A stretch of DNA of 64,000 nt from Monocercomonoides exilis PA203 (lineage: Eukaryota; Protista; Preaxostyla): the NCBI GenBank assembly GCA_001643675.2, contig LSRY02000009.1:124001-188000 (forward strand), written 5' to 3'. Below the pieces are notes generated by a model that was not told where the DNA came from, made no database searches, and saw nothing but the letters and a program-made list of their open reading frames with translations. The translations under genes and the position numbers were made by a program. Position 1 is the stretch's first letter; the number at the start of each line of letters is the position of its first letter. Below are positions 1-12,157 of this stretch, piece after piece.

Positions 1-532
1 TGAACAACCATTGCAATGCAAAATAACTCATTTAAATCGATATTTCTTGCTTGAAATCAAAAATTAACATTATTTCTTTAGAAGAATGATTTTATAAAAG
101 CAGTTTCTTCATAATCAATAAAGGAATATGGGTTTTTATGTAAACACCAATCAATTGTTTAAAAGCAAGAAAAAAAAATATAGGAAAAAAGAAGAAAAAT
201 TCAAATAATTTCATATTTTGTTGAAATTTAAACATGAAAATGTTTTCAGACTTTGAACGAATTATATCAAAAATTTGAAAATTTGAAGTTTTTCAATTTT
301 GAAAAATTTTTTGTGTAACAGCATTGAAAAAGGAATTATTGCAAATAATTAATTAATCAATTGCCATTATTCAAAAGAACAAGTTTCTAAAAAAAGAAAA
401 GACTTTTCGCTTTTTATATTATTTTTGCGTTGCAATAAGAATTTCATTCATAAAAAAATTTGATTTGTTTCGAAAAGATTTAAAGAGAAAACAAAAAGAA
501 ATGGTATGATGATCAATTAATTTTTCTAAAAC

Positions 533-3500
533 GTGATTTTCTTGTTGATTAATTTATTTTATGTTTTTGTGGACAGTCACATGGATTACGTTTTCATGGA
601 TTCAAATTATTTTATTGAGAACAGTATAACCACTTTCAAGAAAGTGTCTGGCACAGTCTTTATTTCTGAAAAAGGCAATGATTCCCTTCAAGATTGTGGA
701 ACAGAAAAAAATCCATGTAAATCAATAGAAAAAGGAATTGAGCAACTAGGAGAAGGAATTGAAGAAAGAACAATTAAAATTATTGATTCTGTATCAATTC
801 CTTATGATATTTTGTTTTCCAAAGATTACATCTTAACTATGACAACAGATTCAGAACAAACATTAAGAAGAATCACTACATTTGATTTGAACGAACTGGC
901 TGAAAAAGGAAACTATCACATGACAAATGAAAAAACGTTGAAGCTGGAACATTTAACTTTTGATCTTGTTTCATTTAGAGTTAAAGAATCACCATTGAAA
1001 TTAAATTTTGAAGAATCTTCTATTATCCTTTCGAAAGGCATTAATGGAGATTTGACAATTAGCGATTGCAACATACATTATAAAAAATGGACTGATGAAT
1101 ATGCCCCTTTTTCTTTATTGAGAATTACAGAAGGAAAAGTTACAATTGACGTGCTTGACTGGGACTTTTCATACGTTTACTATCTTTCTGGCATGACTAT
1201 TCTTCATGTGTCCGAAGGCGTTGAAATACAAAAGCTTAAAGACTTTAATATTCAGAAAACAAAACTTCAAAATGGATGCGCTCTGGAACTTCTTTCATCA
1301 TTCACGTTAGAAGGATGTAATTTTTAATTTCTAGCCAGAAATTCAACAAAACCAAATTTACTGGAAGTAAATAGCGGGGCAGACAAAAAAATTGTAGTTA
1401 CTATCTCAAGGTGTACCATTTCTGAAATTGAAGCACGTATTGCACAAAAAGGAGGCTGCTTTTACTTTGAGATTCTACACACAGAAAGCGAATTAAACAT
1501 TTTGAATACAATATTCAATTCTGCAGAAGCTTATCGAGGAGGAGCGATTATGATTGGTGCAACTAGAGGGAAAGTGAAATTGGAGAATGTGTATTTTAAC
1601 AGATGTTTAGGCTTTCTGGAAGGAGGCGGACTTTTTATTTATGACCTTTCACAGATGGCAAAGTTTGAGTGCACCAACGTGTCATTTGAAAAGTGCATTT
1701 CAACAAGGAGTGGCGGAATGGAAATTATTCTGGGGAAAGAAGAGATCAAAGGAGATGGAATCTTTTTTAAGAACTGCCACTTCGATAAAAATGCGGCCAA
1801 TGAAGGCGGGAAAGATGTGACGATCAAATGTGAAGGGAATACGGAAATAACTCAGTCGCCTTTTGATGCATCTTCATTCAGCACTTCCGGAGAAAATCGA
1901 GTGTGCATGATAAAAAGTGATGGAACAACAATAATCCACGATTATTGGCTAGGCGCAAGTTCGTTGGAAGTCGTTGTTGATGCAGAAAATGGGGAGAACA
2001 GCGCGGAATGCGGTAGGCCTCAGCAAGTACCGTGCAAAACGATTAAAAAGGCAATCGAAAACTGCAATTGTGGAATTCCTTTTGTTGTGACCGTTATGGA
2101 CAAATGCAGCGAATACGATACAGAGCCAATAATTATCGAAGGGCGTAATATATTTTTATCGCAAAAAGGCAATGGATACATCAGATTCATCACTGCTTTG
2201 GACGAGTTGAAAGTATTCGATGGCTGTGCTGTGTTTAATGTGCAAAAAGACGCATATTTTAAGCTGCACCAAGCGGAACTAAAAGTGAATTCATCACGAA
2301 GGAGTGGCAGAGACAATGGGCTCATCCTTTGCGATGGAACGGACTCTGAAATGCATTTCATTTTTGTGGATTTCAGCGTAATAGGCAATCAGCAGTCTCT
2401 GAACTGCGTGCTGATAGAGTGCAAGTCTGGAATCTTAGAAATGCAGAATTGCAACATTGAAGACACCAAATCTACTTGTGCACTTTTGCTTGTGGAATCA
2501 TCAGATAAAGTTAGGTTCCAGAGTTCATGTTTTGCGAGACTCACTACCACAAGCAAGATTCAATCTGCTGTCACCATGTTGAGTGGATGTCGTTCGATCT
2601 TCTGTAACAATGTGAATTTATTACATTGCTCGTCAGTTGAGCACAAAATTGGCGGGGCATTTTACTTAGAGATTGGGGATAGTAGAAATGTCATTCAACT
2701 TGTAGACTTGTACTTCCGCAATTGTTCGTGCAAAAGTTCTCAGACAGTTGCGGATGGGAGCATGTCAATGCATAATGAAGAGTCAGAAGGAGGAGCAATG
2801 TTCATCCGAGCTGCTGATGAAGTGACAGAGTTGGTGCCACTTTGCTTATGCGACGTTGGATTTGAGAACTGCAGTGCTGACAAAGGACAGTACATTTTCA
2901 TTTCGGTTCCAGTTGGGCGGGAGCAGATAGGCGATGATACGTTCCTATTTGAGATGAGCGAAATTTACGACAAGGAGAATTTAATACTTATGGAAGACAG
3001 AAAAGATGGAGAAGAGAAAGTTGTTGATCTACTGACCGATGAAATAAATAGATTACCATATCATTCAGATCATCTTTATATCGGAGGTGACGAATCCAGT
3101 AAAGACAAAGAATGTGGAGGAAGAGAAATGCCATGCAACACAGTCAATACAGCCTTTTATCACGGATATGAAACAACATACATTTATATGCATATCATCG
3201 GAAGAGTTTGTGTAGACGAGCCATTCTTTTCCAACAAAACAGTAAAATTTTCATCATCATCATCATTTCCACCTTCTTCTCCCTCTTCCTCTTCCTCCTC
3301 AACAATAGAACGTGATCAAGGAACATTTCACATTGGAACAAATATGAAAGCCGGAGGACAAAATGCTGTGTTTGAGGCGATCCATGGTTCTTTGTATTTT
3401 GAGCACATTGACTTTGAATAACCTGATGCCATCGAAGGAGATGAACTGGACCTGATTTGCACAAATACTGTGATTGAAATAGCTAATGCAGCGTTCAGGC

Positions 3501-4603
3501 CCTGGTACACTGGATTGAAGGGAGAAAATGTGAGGGGTGGAGAAGGAAAGCAGCTTCCATACAAACTGATTGCTGCAACCGGAGACTGTAGCATTTTGCA
3601 AACAGTTATTTATGGAAGAAACGGAAACACCACAAGAAATGCAATGAGCCAGATCAGACAAACAGATAAGAACAATTTCTTTTTTAAAAAGGAAGAATTA
3701 GACTTTAAATTTAGAGCAGTGGATAAGACGGGCGAAAATGACAATCCTTTGTGTTTATGGGAGTCTGGGCTTGTTTGCGTGAATTTTTACGCAACCATAA
3801 ATGACAGCTCCTTTATTAACATCGGAGAAGGCGCTTTTTTCTCACATTCTATTTCCTCATTGAAAATAAACAACTGCAGCTTTATGAACAACCATCCAAT
3901 TGATACAGACTTTGAGAAATATCCTTCTTTAAGAAATAACATTCGGGTGTGCGATGGGTATGAAATTCACAACGTTCATGTGAATTCTTTGGCACCAGGA
4001 AGCGATGGTTTGGAAGGCAGGCTATTTGGGATGCTTTTGAACAGAAAAGCCGATGGAGCAGCTGTCGAGAACATGGACTCATATTTCTTTTCGCCTATTT
4101 TAAAGAATATAACAATGAAAAAAGAAAAGTCGAGAAATGTGATTGAACTGCCAAGCAATGAAAGGAGCGAGCAAGATGCTGAAGCAGTTGTGCATGGATC
4201 ATATCTGTTTCCCTGTGGATTGACATTAGAGGCATTAAAAATAAGAGCAGAGCAGGAACGAAGATGGACAGTTTGTCCAGTTTCTGAGTATGTGAGCGAG
4301 ACAGAAATGAAAGTGAATATTCCTCTGTCGCTGCTTGATGAAGACGAGTATGCTTCTGTTGTGTGTCGATTATCATATTCGAGTGGGGTGATTGACGGAG
4401 AGAACAGACACACAGCAAATGTGGTTTTGGTGAAACAGAAAAAAACTGTCCCAAAGAAATTGACAACCACACAGCTTGTGGCAATCATTCTTTCTTCAAG
4501 CATTTTTGCTGTTGTCGTCGTTGTTGTGGTGATTGCTATTGCTGTTTATGTATTGAGAAACAAGAGGAGGAGGATGTATAACAATTTCAAAGATTCAAAT
4601 TAG
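533..4603 (+). pseudogene. Large Cys/Gly-rich beta-helix (pectin-lyase/PMP-like) single-pass membrane protein, interrupted by two in-frame TAA codons
   Basis: ORFs 533-1327, 1502-3421 and 3470-4603 share one frame, and the linkers translate openly past TAA 1325-1327 and TAA 3419-3421. Three V/I-x-V..G.D...CG....PC.TI modules, GGA[IF] repeats, a C-terminal TM segment (LVAIILSSSIFAVVVVVVVIAIAVYVL) and a short basic tail. The true 5' end is uncertain (possible GTATGA..CAG intron at 504-576). Confidence 0.75.
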
Positions 4604-5073
4604 AAAGGCTTAATATAACAATGCAGATATAAAGGAAAAGATATGAGATATATCAATTTTTATGTGTGAAAATAAAAATCGAAACAAAATTTAGAGTGAA
4701 TAATTCTGTTATTTCCAATATTGTGGAAAACGTTTATTTCTTTAAAGAGATTATTTTAAGTTTCATCAGATATATGTATAATAATTAAACATGTTTATTG
4801 CTTCTTGCTTATTAATTATTAATTTTTTCCAATGATTTTGAATCTTTTTTATTTCTATTGTTTTTTTTTTTTTTAAAATAATTTCTAATATTTTTTTGTC
4901 TTTTTTAACATTTGTTTGGAATGATCTACTGTTTACAAAATTGCAATATTTATTTATTATCTTGTTATTTGTCAAGAGATTAAATGAAATTATTTTTCAA
5001 AAATTACTTGTTAACAATTGTTATTTAGGTTAAAGATCATTAAAATACAAAATTTGACATAAAACTTCGTTGG

Positions 5074-8000
5074 ATGAGCCAGTTTAAAGCAAGTGGAACA
5101 GACAATGATGTAACACCATATACACAAAATGATTCATCATCATTATTTTTTACACAAAAAATTCGAGATGAAGGAGAAAGAGAAGGATCTTTATTTGAAA
5201 GTAAAGGATCACTTTATCAACGAATTCATGGGACACCTAAAAGATTATCACAACAAAGCAGTCAAAAGATAACAAGCCCACACAGAATGATACAGACAAC
5301 ACTTAATTTTAGCAAAAGCGCATCAATTAATATTCCAAAACATTCTTCACAGCCGATGTCAAATGAACAGAAAACCGAAAACGAAATTGAAGATAATGAT
5401 TTGGATTTTGTGAGTGAATCTGTTGGATCTGCTGTTGAATTTCATTCTAATCCAGCAAATCAATCACAATCTTTTAGTGATGTAACTATTGGTAAAAGAT
5501 ATGATCCATCAACAGCAATAAAATCACCTCCACGCTCACCGTTAATGCTTCTCGGGTTTGATATGGAGAAGCTAGAAAGCTTTACTCTCTTTGATTACTT
5601 TTCTTTTTCACAAAAATATAAAATTTTAATATTAACGAAAATTTCATTGAAAATGAACTTAATTTTTATTTTATTCGTATAACATTTTACACATTATTGA
5701 CTTATTTTTGACATTCATATTTCCTTTCTTTTCTAACAGAAAACTCGGAGAGAAGAAGAGATCACTTTGTGATTTAACTCCACCAAGCTCTCCTCCTTTA
5801 ACGAAAATAAATCCTACGCAACAAGCAAGCCCATCTTTGTTCAGCCAAATGCAAATGTCTCGTACAGAATCGCCATTTCAACAGCAAAGCGTTATTGCCC
5901 CCAACGCGATGACAGGCCAATTAGAGGAGAAATCAGTGAATCCTCAACCCGATTCACCAGCTGCTGCTGGAGCATTTTCTTCACTCGCGTCTCCAGTCAG
6001 CATGCTGAGCGAGTTTGCATCTCAGCAGAGGCAAAAAACAGAGCCCTCTCAAACAACTCTGTCACAGCGGCAGCTCTCGCCTTCATCTGCCACTTTGTCA
6101 ATGAGCACTACAACACCAACACAAAGCAGCTCATTCAGCATGTCACAGAAGCGCATACTTTCACCAACGCCTCTGTCGCAGTCAAAGATACCATCGCCTT
6201 CATCACCGTCATTTATCCCACCCACACTTATGTCTCAGACACAATCACAGGCACACTCTCAAATACATTCTCAACCACAATCCCAATTTCAATCACAGAA
6301 AAGAACAATTTCCCAAACACAGCCGCAAACACAGCAGCTGTCTCAGCCACGAGTGAAATCTCCTTCTCTTTCTCTCTCGCCTTCCCCTTCACCATTGCCA
6401 TCATCCCCGTCATTATCTTATTCTTCTTCTTCATCTTCATCTTCTTCTTCATCATCCAATAAAACAAATGTTCAGCGTTATCAATGGTTGGAGCCACCGT
6501 GTGACAAGCACAGACGCCCGCCCACCGATCCAGACTATGATGCCTCTTCTCTCTACATCCCACCCGCCGCCTTTTTGGAGCTGACGAAGTTTGAGCAGCA
6601 GTACTGGGCAATCAAAATGAACCGATTTGACCACGTTTTGTTCTTCCAAAAGGGCAAGTTCTTTGAAGTGTATGAGATGGATGCAGAGATTGCGAGGAAA
6701 GAGCTTGACCTGAAGATGACAGAAAGAGTGAACATGAAGATGTGCGGGGTGCCTGAAGCGAAGTTTGCAGAGTGGGCGAAGAAGCTGCTGATGTTGGGGT
6801 ACAAAGTGGCGCGTGTGGATGAGATTGGGAAGGACTCAGACGAAGACACAGGAGTGGACAAGCAGAAGATGACATTTGGAGACGAAGAGGAGGAAGAGGA
6901 AGAAGAAAGAAGAAGAAAAGAAAGAGAAGGAAAGGCTTCTGCTGGTGGGAAAGGGAAGCTGGAGATGCTGATGGACGAGAGGGTAAGGCAGATGTCGAAC
7001 ATGGGGCAGAGCAAGACACCTCTTCCGAGTGACATCCAAAGAAGAGAGCTGACACAGGTGTACACACGAGGCACACTGATTGACCCTGATCTGATGGATG
7101 ATGACAATGTGGGGTATTTGATATGCATCTGCGAGGGAGAGCCAAGAAGAACAGAGAAGAAGGAATTCTTCAGGTAATAATTACATTTATTTGGTATTAT
7201 TAAACATTTTTATTTTGTTTATTTATTCTTTCTCTCTTTTTTTCCTCCTTCTTTCTCATTTAACCAAAAGTTATTCGCAACAATCCAACGAGAAGCAGCC
7301 ACCACGCCATCTTCTGTCATCAACAGCCACGTCTTTTGGGGTGTGTCTGTTGGATGCCTCTTCATCCACCTTTTTTGTGGGCGAAATCGACGACGACTCA
7401 ACTTTGACGGCACTTTCGTCACTTTTGGCAATAAACACCCCAAAAGAGGCTGTGCTAAGATACTCAACTGACGGGTGTGACGAATATTATCATTATTTTA
7501 TTTTATTTATTGTATTTCTCATTATGTCATTATAATTCTTTTTATATTTTCTTCTCCCACCTCTTCTTCTTCATCTTATTCCTCTTCCTCATCATCATCA
7601 CCAGCACCACCACCATCGAAGCAGCCCGTAGTTATTCCAAACAGACCTTTTCTGAGCGCAACAGATCTTCTTCTTCATCTTCCTCACACAAAAGAGTTGT
7701 GTGTCTGACTGTCAGCGTGATGAAGCAGCTGCTAACAGAAAACGCGACAATCACCACAAAAGACAACGAATACTTCAGTGCGAGCAAAGGCGCCCTGTTT
7801 GTGAGGAAGCTGATGGAGAAGCTGAGGGAAAGAAGACAGGAAAGAGAGCAGAAGAGGAAAGAAGAGAAGGAGAAGAGCCAGCTTTTGGGGGGTATTGACG
7901 AGAAGATGAGGGAGAAGATGGAAGAAGAGAGGAGGTGGGAGGAAATGAGCAGAAGGAGAATTAACAGCGGCAGATCTGAAGACAGTCCTTTGGCTGCATT

Positions 8001-11000
8001 GGGAGAAGAGGAAGAGGAACAGTCACTCAATTACTTCTCTTCTCTTCTGGCTGAATTTGAGAATATTACAAACAACAGAAACAACTCGTCATTCTCTTCT
8101 TTCTCTTCTCCTTCTTCTCCTTCTTCTTCACTTGCCTTGTGTGCACTGGGTGGCTGTTTGCAATACATTCGTGATGAATGTGTGTCTCATCTGATTATGC
8201 CATCTGCTGAACTCTTCCCTCTTTCCTCTCTCTTTCTCATCCACAACAACTCATTCATGTTCATCGATGCACCAACAATGAACAACTTGGAGATTTTTGC
8301 TGCTGGACAAGCAAAAAGATACTCTGTTGGATCAAGATCATCATCATCGTCATCATCATCATCTTCTTCTTCCTCTTCCTCCACTTCGATGACATCCTAT
8401 TCACAACAATCCTCCCCTCCTCCCTCATTTCAGTCCTCTTCCTCATCATCTTCTTCCTCATCCTCTTCCTCTTCCTCCACATCCTCACCCACCACACTCT
8501 GGTCTCTTCTCAATCGCACCTATCTTCCCTGTGGCCGGCGTCTCCTGCACCACTGGGTATGCCATCCTCTTTCCTCACTGAAGATGATCAGCGAAAGACA
8601 AAGTGCTGTGTTTGCATTTATGAGTGACTCATCGGCAAAGGTGTTGATAGAAGACATGCTGAAGAGTCTGAGCGGGAGCAGAAGTGGAGAGAAGGAGAGG
8701 AAGACGAGAATAAGAGGAAGGAAGGATGACAGAGAAGATGACTATGAGGAAGGATATGAGGAAGATGAAGAAGAGGAAAGAGAAAGAGAAAGAGAAAGAA
8801 GAAGAAGAGATGAACTGTCTTCGTTTATTGCACTGAAGCCGAATGTTGATGGAGAAAGGATAGTTTTGAGGCTTCGTGTGGCTGTGAAGGGAGTGAAAGA
8901 GGAAGTGATGAGGAGGAAGAAGGAAGTGGCAAGCGAGCAGAAGAAGAGGAAAGACATGTACGGAGATGATTATGAGAGAAGCAGAGGATTTGACGATGAA
9001 GATGATGAAGAATACAATAATAACAACAACAATGAAGGAGAAGAATTCGATTCAGAAAAGTTTTTGAGAGACGAAGATGGATTGGAAGGAGGTGAAGGAG
9101 GAGGAGGAGAAGGAGAAAAAGCAGAAGGAAACTCATCAAACACACAACAATCGAAAATAGCGCAGAAGAAGAAGAGATTCGATCCCGACAGCATTCCACG
9201 TCCGACGAAGAGGGAGGTTGAGTTGCTGTCTTCGGTGACATCACACGGCGGAGGAGTGAAATTAGACAACTTTCTGTATGTTCTGAGGCAGCTGAGAATA
9301 ATTGTGGACACGGTGAATAGCAGGACAGTGAAAGGATGGGTGGAGAGAGGGAGAGAAAGAGCGAAGAGGAAGATGATGAAGAAGAGGCAGGCGGAAGAAA
9401 GAAAGAAGAAAGAGAAAGAGGAGAGAGAGAAGAGGAAGGCAGAAAAAGCAGAAAAAGCAGAGAAGCTGAGATATTCGATGGACATTGTTGACAGCAAAAT
9501 GGATATGACAGAGCTAAATGAACTGATCAATTCAGCAGACAAAGAAAGAGAAGGAAATTTGGCAGAAGATGAAGACGACAATGAAGAAGATGAAGATGAA
9601 GAAGGAGTGTGTGAAGGATTGGATGATTTCGATGAGGATGACAATGATGCTGTTGAAAGCTGTGATTCAGCGAGGCTGAGGCAATTGCTGACAGTCGAAG
9701 GGAAAATGCCAGAAGTAGACACTTCATTCACTTCAAAGCCGTCTCAATCTTCTTCTTCTTCTTCTTCTTCATTTTCTTCCTCTTCTTATTCAAATTCCTC
9801 TTCATACTTCTCTTCTTCTTCTTCTTCTTTGATTTCACCACCACCATCACAATCAATATCATCATCATCATCATCATCTTCTCCTTCTTCTCTGCCATCT
9901 CATTCAGACTCAATCGTCTTTGCCAATTATGGTCTCTTCCCAAACATCAATGACATCCTCACCTTCTTTGAGAATGCATTCGATCTATCTGCTTCATCTT
10001 CCTCTTCTTCTTCCTCTTCTTCCTCCTCTTCTTCTTCTGTTTCCAGTGCTGCCTCTTCGTTCCTCCTCCGCCCAACTCTTCTGATGTCCCGAGTGAACCA
10101 AGAAGGCAAACGAGGGAAAAGAGAGCTGATGGGCACATCTTCTTCATCAATCGCCACTCCGTCGCGTGGCACAGACAAAAGCTACGACAAAATCTGCGAC
10201 GAAATCGATGCTCTTCTGAAGGCGCTGACAGATCACGTGGCAGAAGCGAAGAACTTGCTGGGCGGGCCAAAGGTGTCGACGCATCTTTTGTCGAAGATTT
10301 CGATGAAGACACTCGGAAACAGCCCGTTTCAGCTGGAGATTCCAGTCGAGCTGACAGAAACAGACAAGTTTGTGGCGAACTGCGGCAGCTGGGACCTGAT
10401 GTCGCAGACAAAAGACGTGCACCGCTATTGGACGCCGAAGATAAAGAAGATTATTCCGCGGCTGACAGAGCTGATCATCGAGAAGGAGTCGAAGTGCAGA
10501 CTGTTTGCATCGCAGATAGAGATTATGTTCTGTTCGTATTCGCATTTGTGGCTGAGGGCGTTTCGAATAGCGAGTGAAATAGACTCGCTCCTGTCACTCG
10601 CAAAGGCGTCTCTCTCATTCGACGGATGCCTGCCAAAAGTGCTGAAACACAACACATTGAAATATGATGGTGTCATTTCTGATTATTTCTTTATAATTTT
10701 AATTTAATTTAATTTTATTTATTTTAATATTTCCTTTTTAGGCTCTTTGTTTTCTTCATCACCCACCCCATCTACCACTCCATCCTCCTCTTTCTCTCCT
10801 TCATCCACACCTCCTCTTTCTCAAAATACTGTTTCTTCACCTTCACCTTCCTCATCTTCTTCTCCATCATCATCTCCTTCTTCTCAATATCATCCTCTTC
10901 CCATGTTCGAAGCCAAACAGCTAAGACACCCTTGTTTAGCAGCAGGCTCAACAGTGTCTCTTCTGAATGCACTCGAAATTGGGTTGAAGGCGAAAATGAG

Positions 11001-12054
11001 GCAGAGACGAAGGCAGATGGGCGATGCATACAAAAACAGCAGCTCTTCTGAGCTGTCCAATTTGTCCTCACAGCCAACCACGTGCATCCCCAACGACGTG
11101 TCTATTGGAGGCATCTCGCCCTCCCTCCTCCTTCTGACAGGGCCAAACATGGGCGGCAAGTCTGTTCTGCTGAAGACGTGTGGCCTTTGTGTGATACTTG
11201 CTCATATTGGCTGTGCTGTGCCTGCTGCGGAGTGTCAGATGACGCTGTGTGACAGACTGTTCGTGAGAGCAGGTGCATCTGACAGGATTGTTGCTGGTGA
11301 GTCCACTCTGTTTGTGGAAATGGCAGAAACAGCGCAGATGCTGACGAATGCGACGGAGAGGTCGTTTGTAGTGCTGGATGAGCTGGGCAGAGGGACAGCC
11401 ACACACGACGGGGCAGCGATTGCCTCAGCTGTGATGAGGGATGTGACACAGAGGATTAAGTGCAGGGCAATTGTGGCAACACACCACCACTCGCTCACAG
11501 TTGACATGGCAGACTCGCCAGACGTGCAGATGTGCTACATGATGACACGCTTTGACACGAGGAGGGAGGAAGCATACGGAAGAGACGATTCAGACAACAA
11601 TCAGTCATCACCCACAGATGTCATCTTCTTGTACCAGTGCATTTCGGGTGTGTGCCCTCGCTCGTTTGGGATGAACGTGGCCAGACTGGCGGGTCTGCCG
11701 CTGTCAGTGGTCGACAGGGCAAATGAGATATCGAGGCATCTGGAGTCTTCGGATAAACAGAACTTCTTCTCTTCTTCCACTGCGAGAAAGCTGATTGATA
11801 ACTCAATGAGATCACAAACAGGCTTGTTTGATAGCAAATCAGGGGATCAGAAGCAGGTAGATGTGTCTCAATTGTCTGCAACAGCTGTCTCTATTTTCTC
11901 AAGAGTGAAAAATCTACAAAGGAAAATTGCAATTCTTCAAAGAAGAAAGAAAAATAGGGAAACTGAAGCAATGCTTGCTGAATGTGGAGAAGAATTGAAG
12001 GCTTTGGTGCAATTAGCAAAGGAAGTTAAATCGGGAACCGCTTCAATTTTTTAA
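5074..12054 (+). CDS. MSH6: DNA mismatch repair protein MSH6 (MutS-alpha subunit), 5 exons, about 2150 aa
   Basis: Mismatch-binding domain YDASSLYIP..QYWAIK..FFQKGKFFEVYEMDA. ATPase motifs LTGPNMGGKS, ESTLFVEM, LDELGRGT and FGMNVARLAGLP. Phase-consistent GT-AG introns at about 5541/5556-5739, 7174-7270, 7475-7604 and 10670-10741. Confidence 0.93.
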
Positions 12055-12157
12055 GAATGTTATTTATGTATTTCTATTTCTATTTTTTAATTTTTTCCAA
12101 AAAATTTTGTAATATCTTTCGATCAAACTTACCGCATTTCTAAATTGGTTCGTTTTT

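Noticed and set aside
5284-5316. PCNA-binding PIP box in the MSH6 N-terminus (QTTLNFSK)
   Set aside because: It only partially fits QxxLxxFF and cannot be supported without ortholog alignment.
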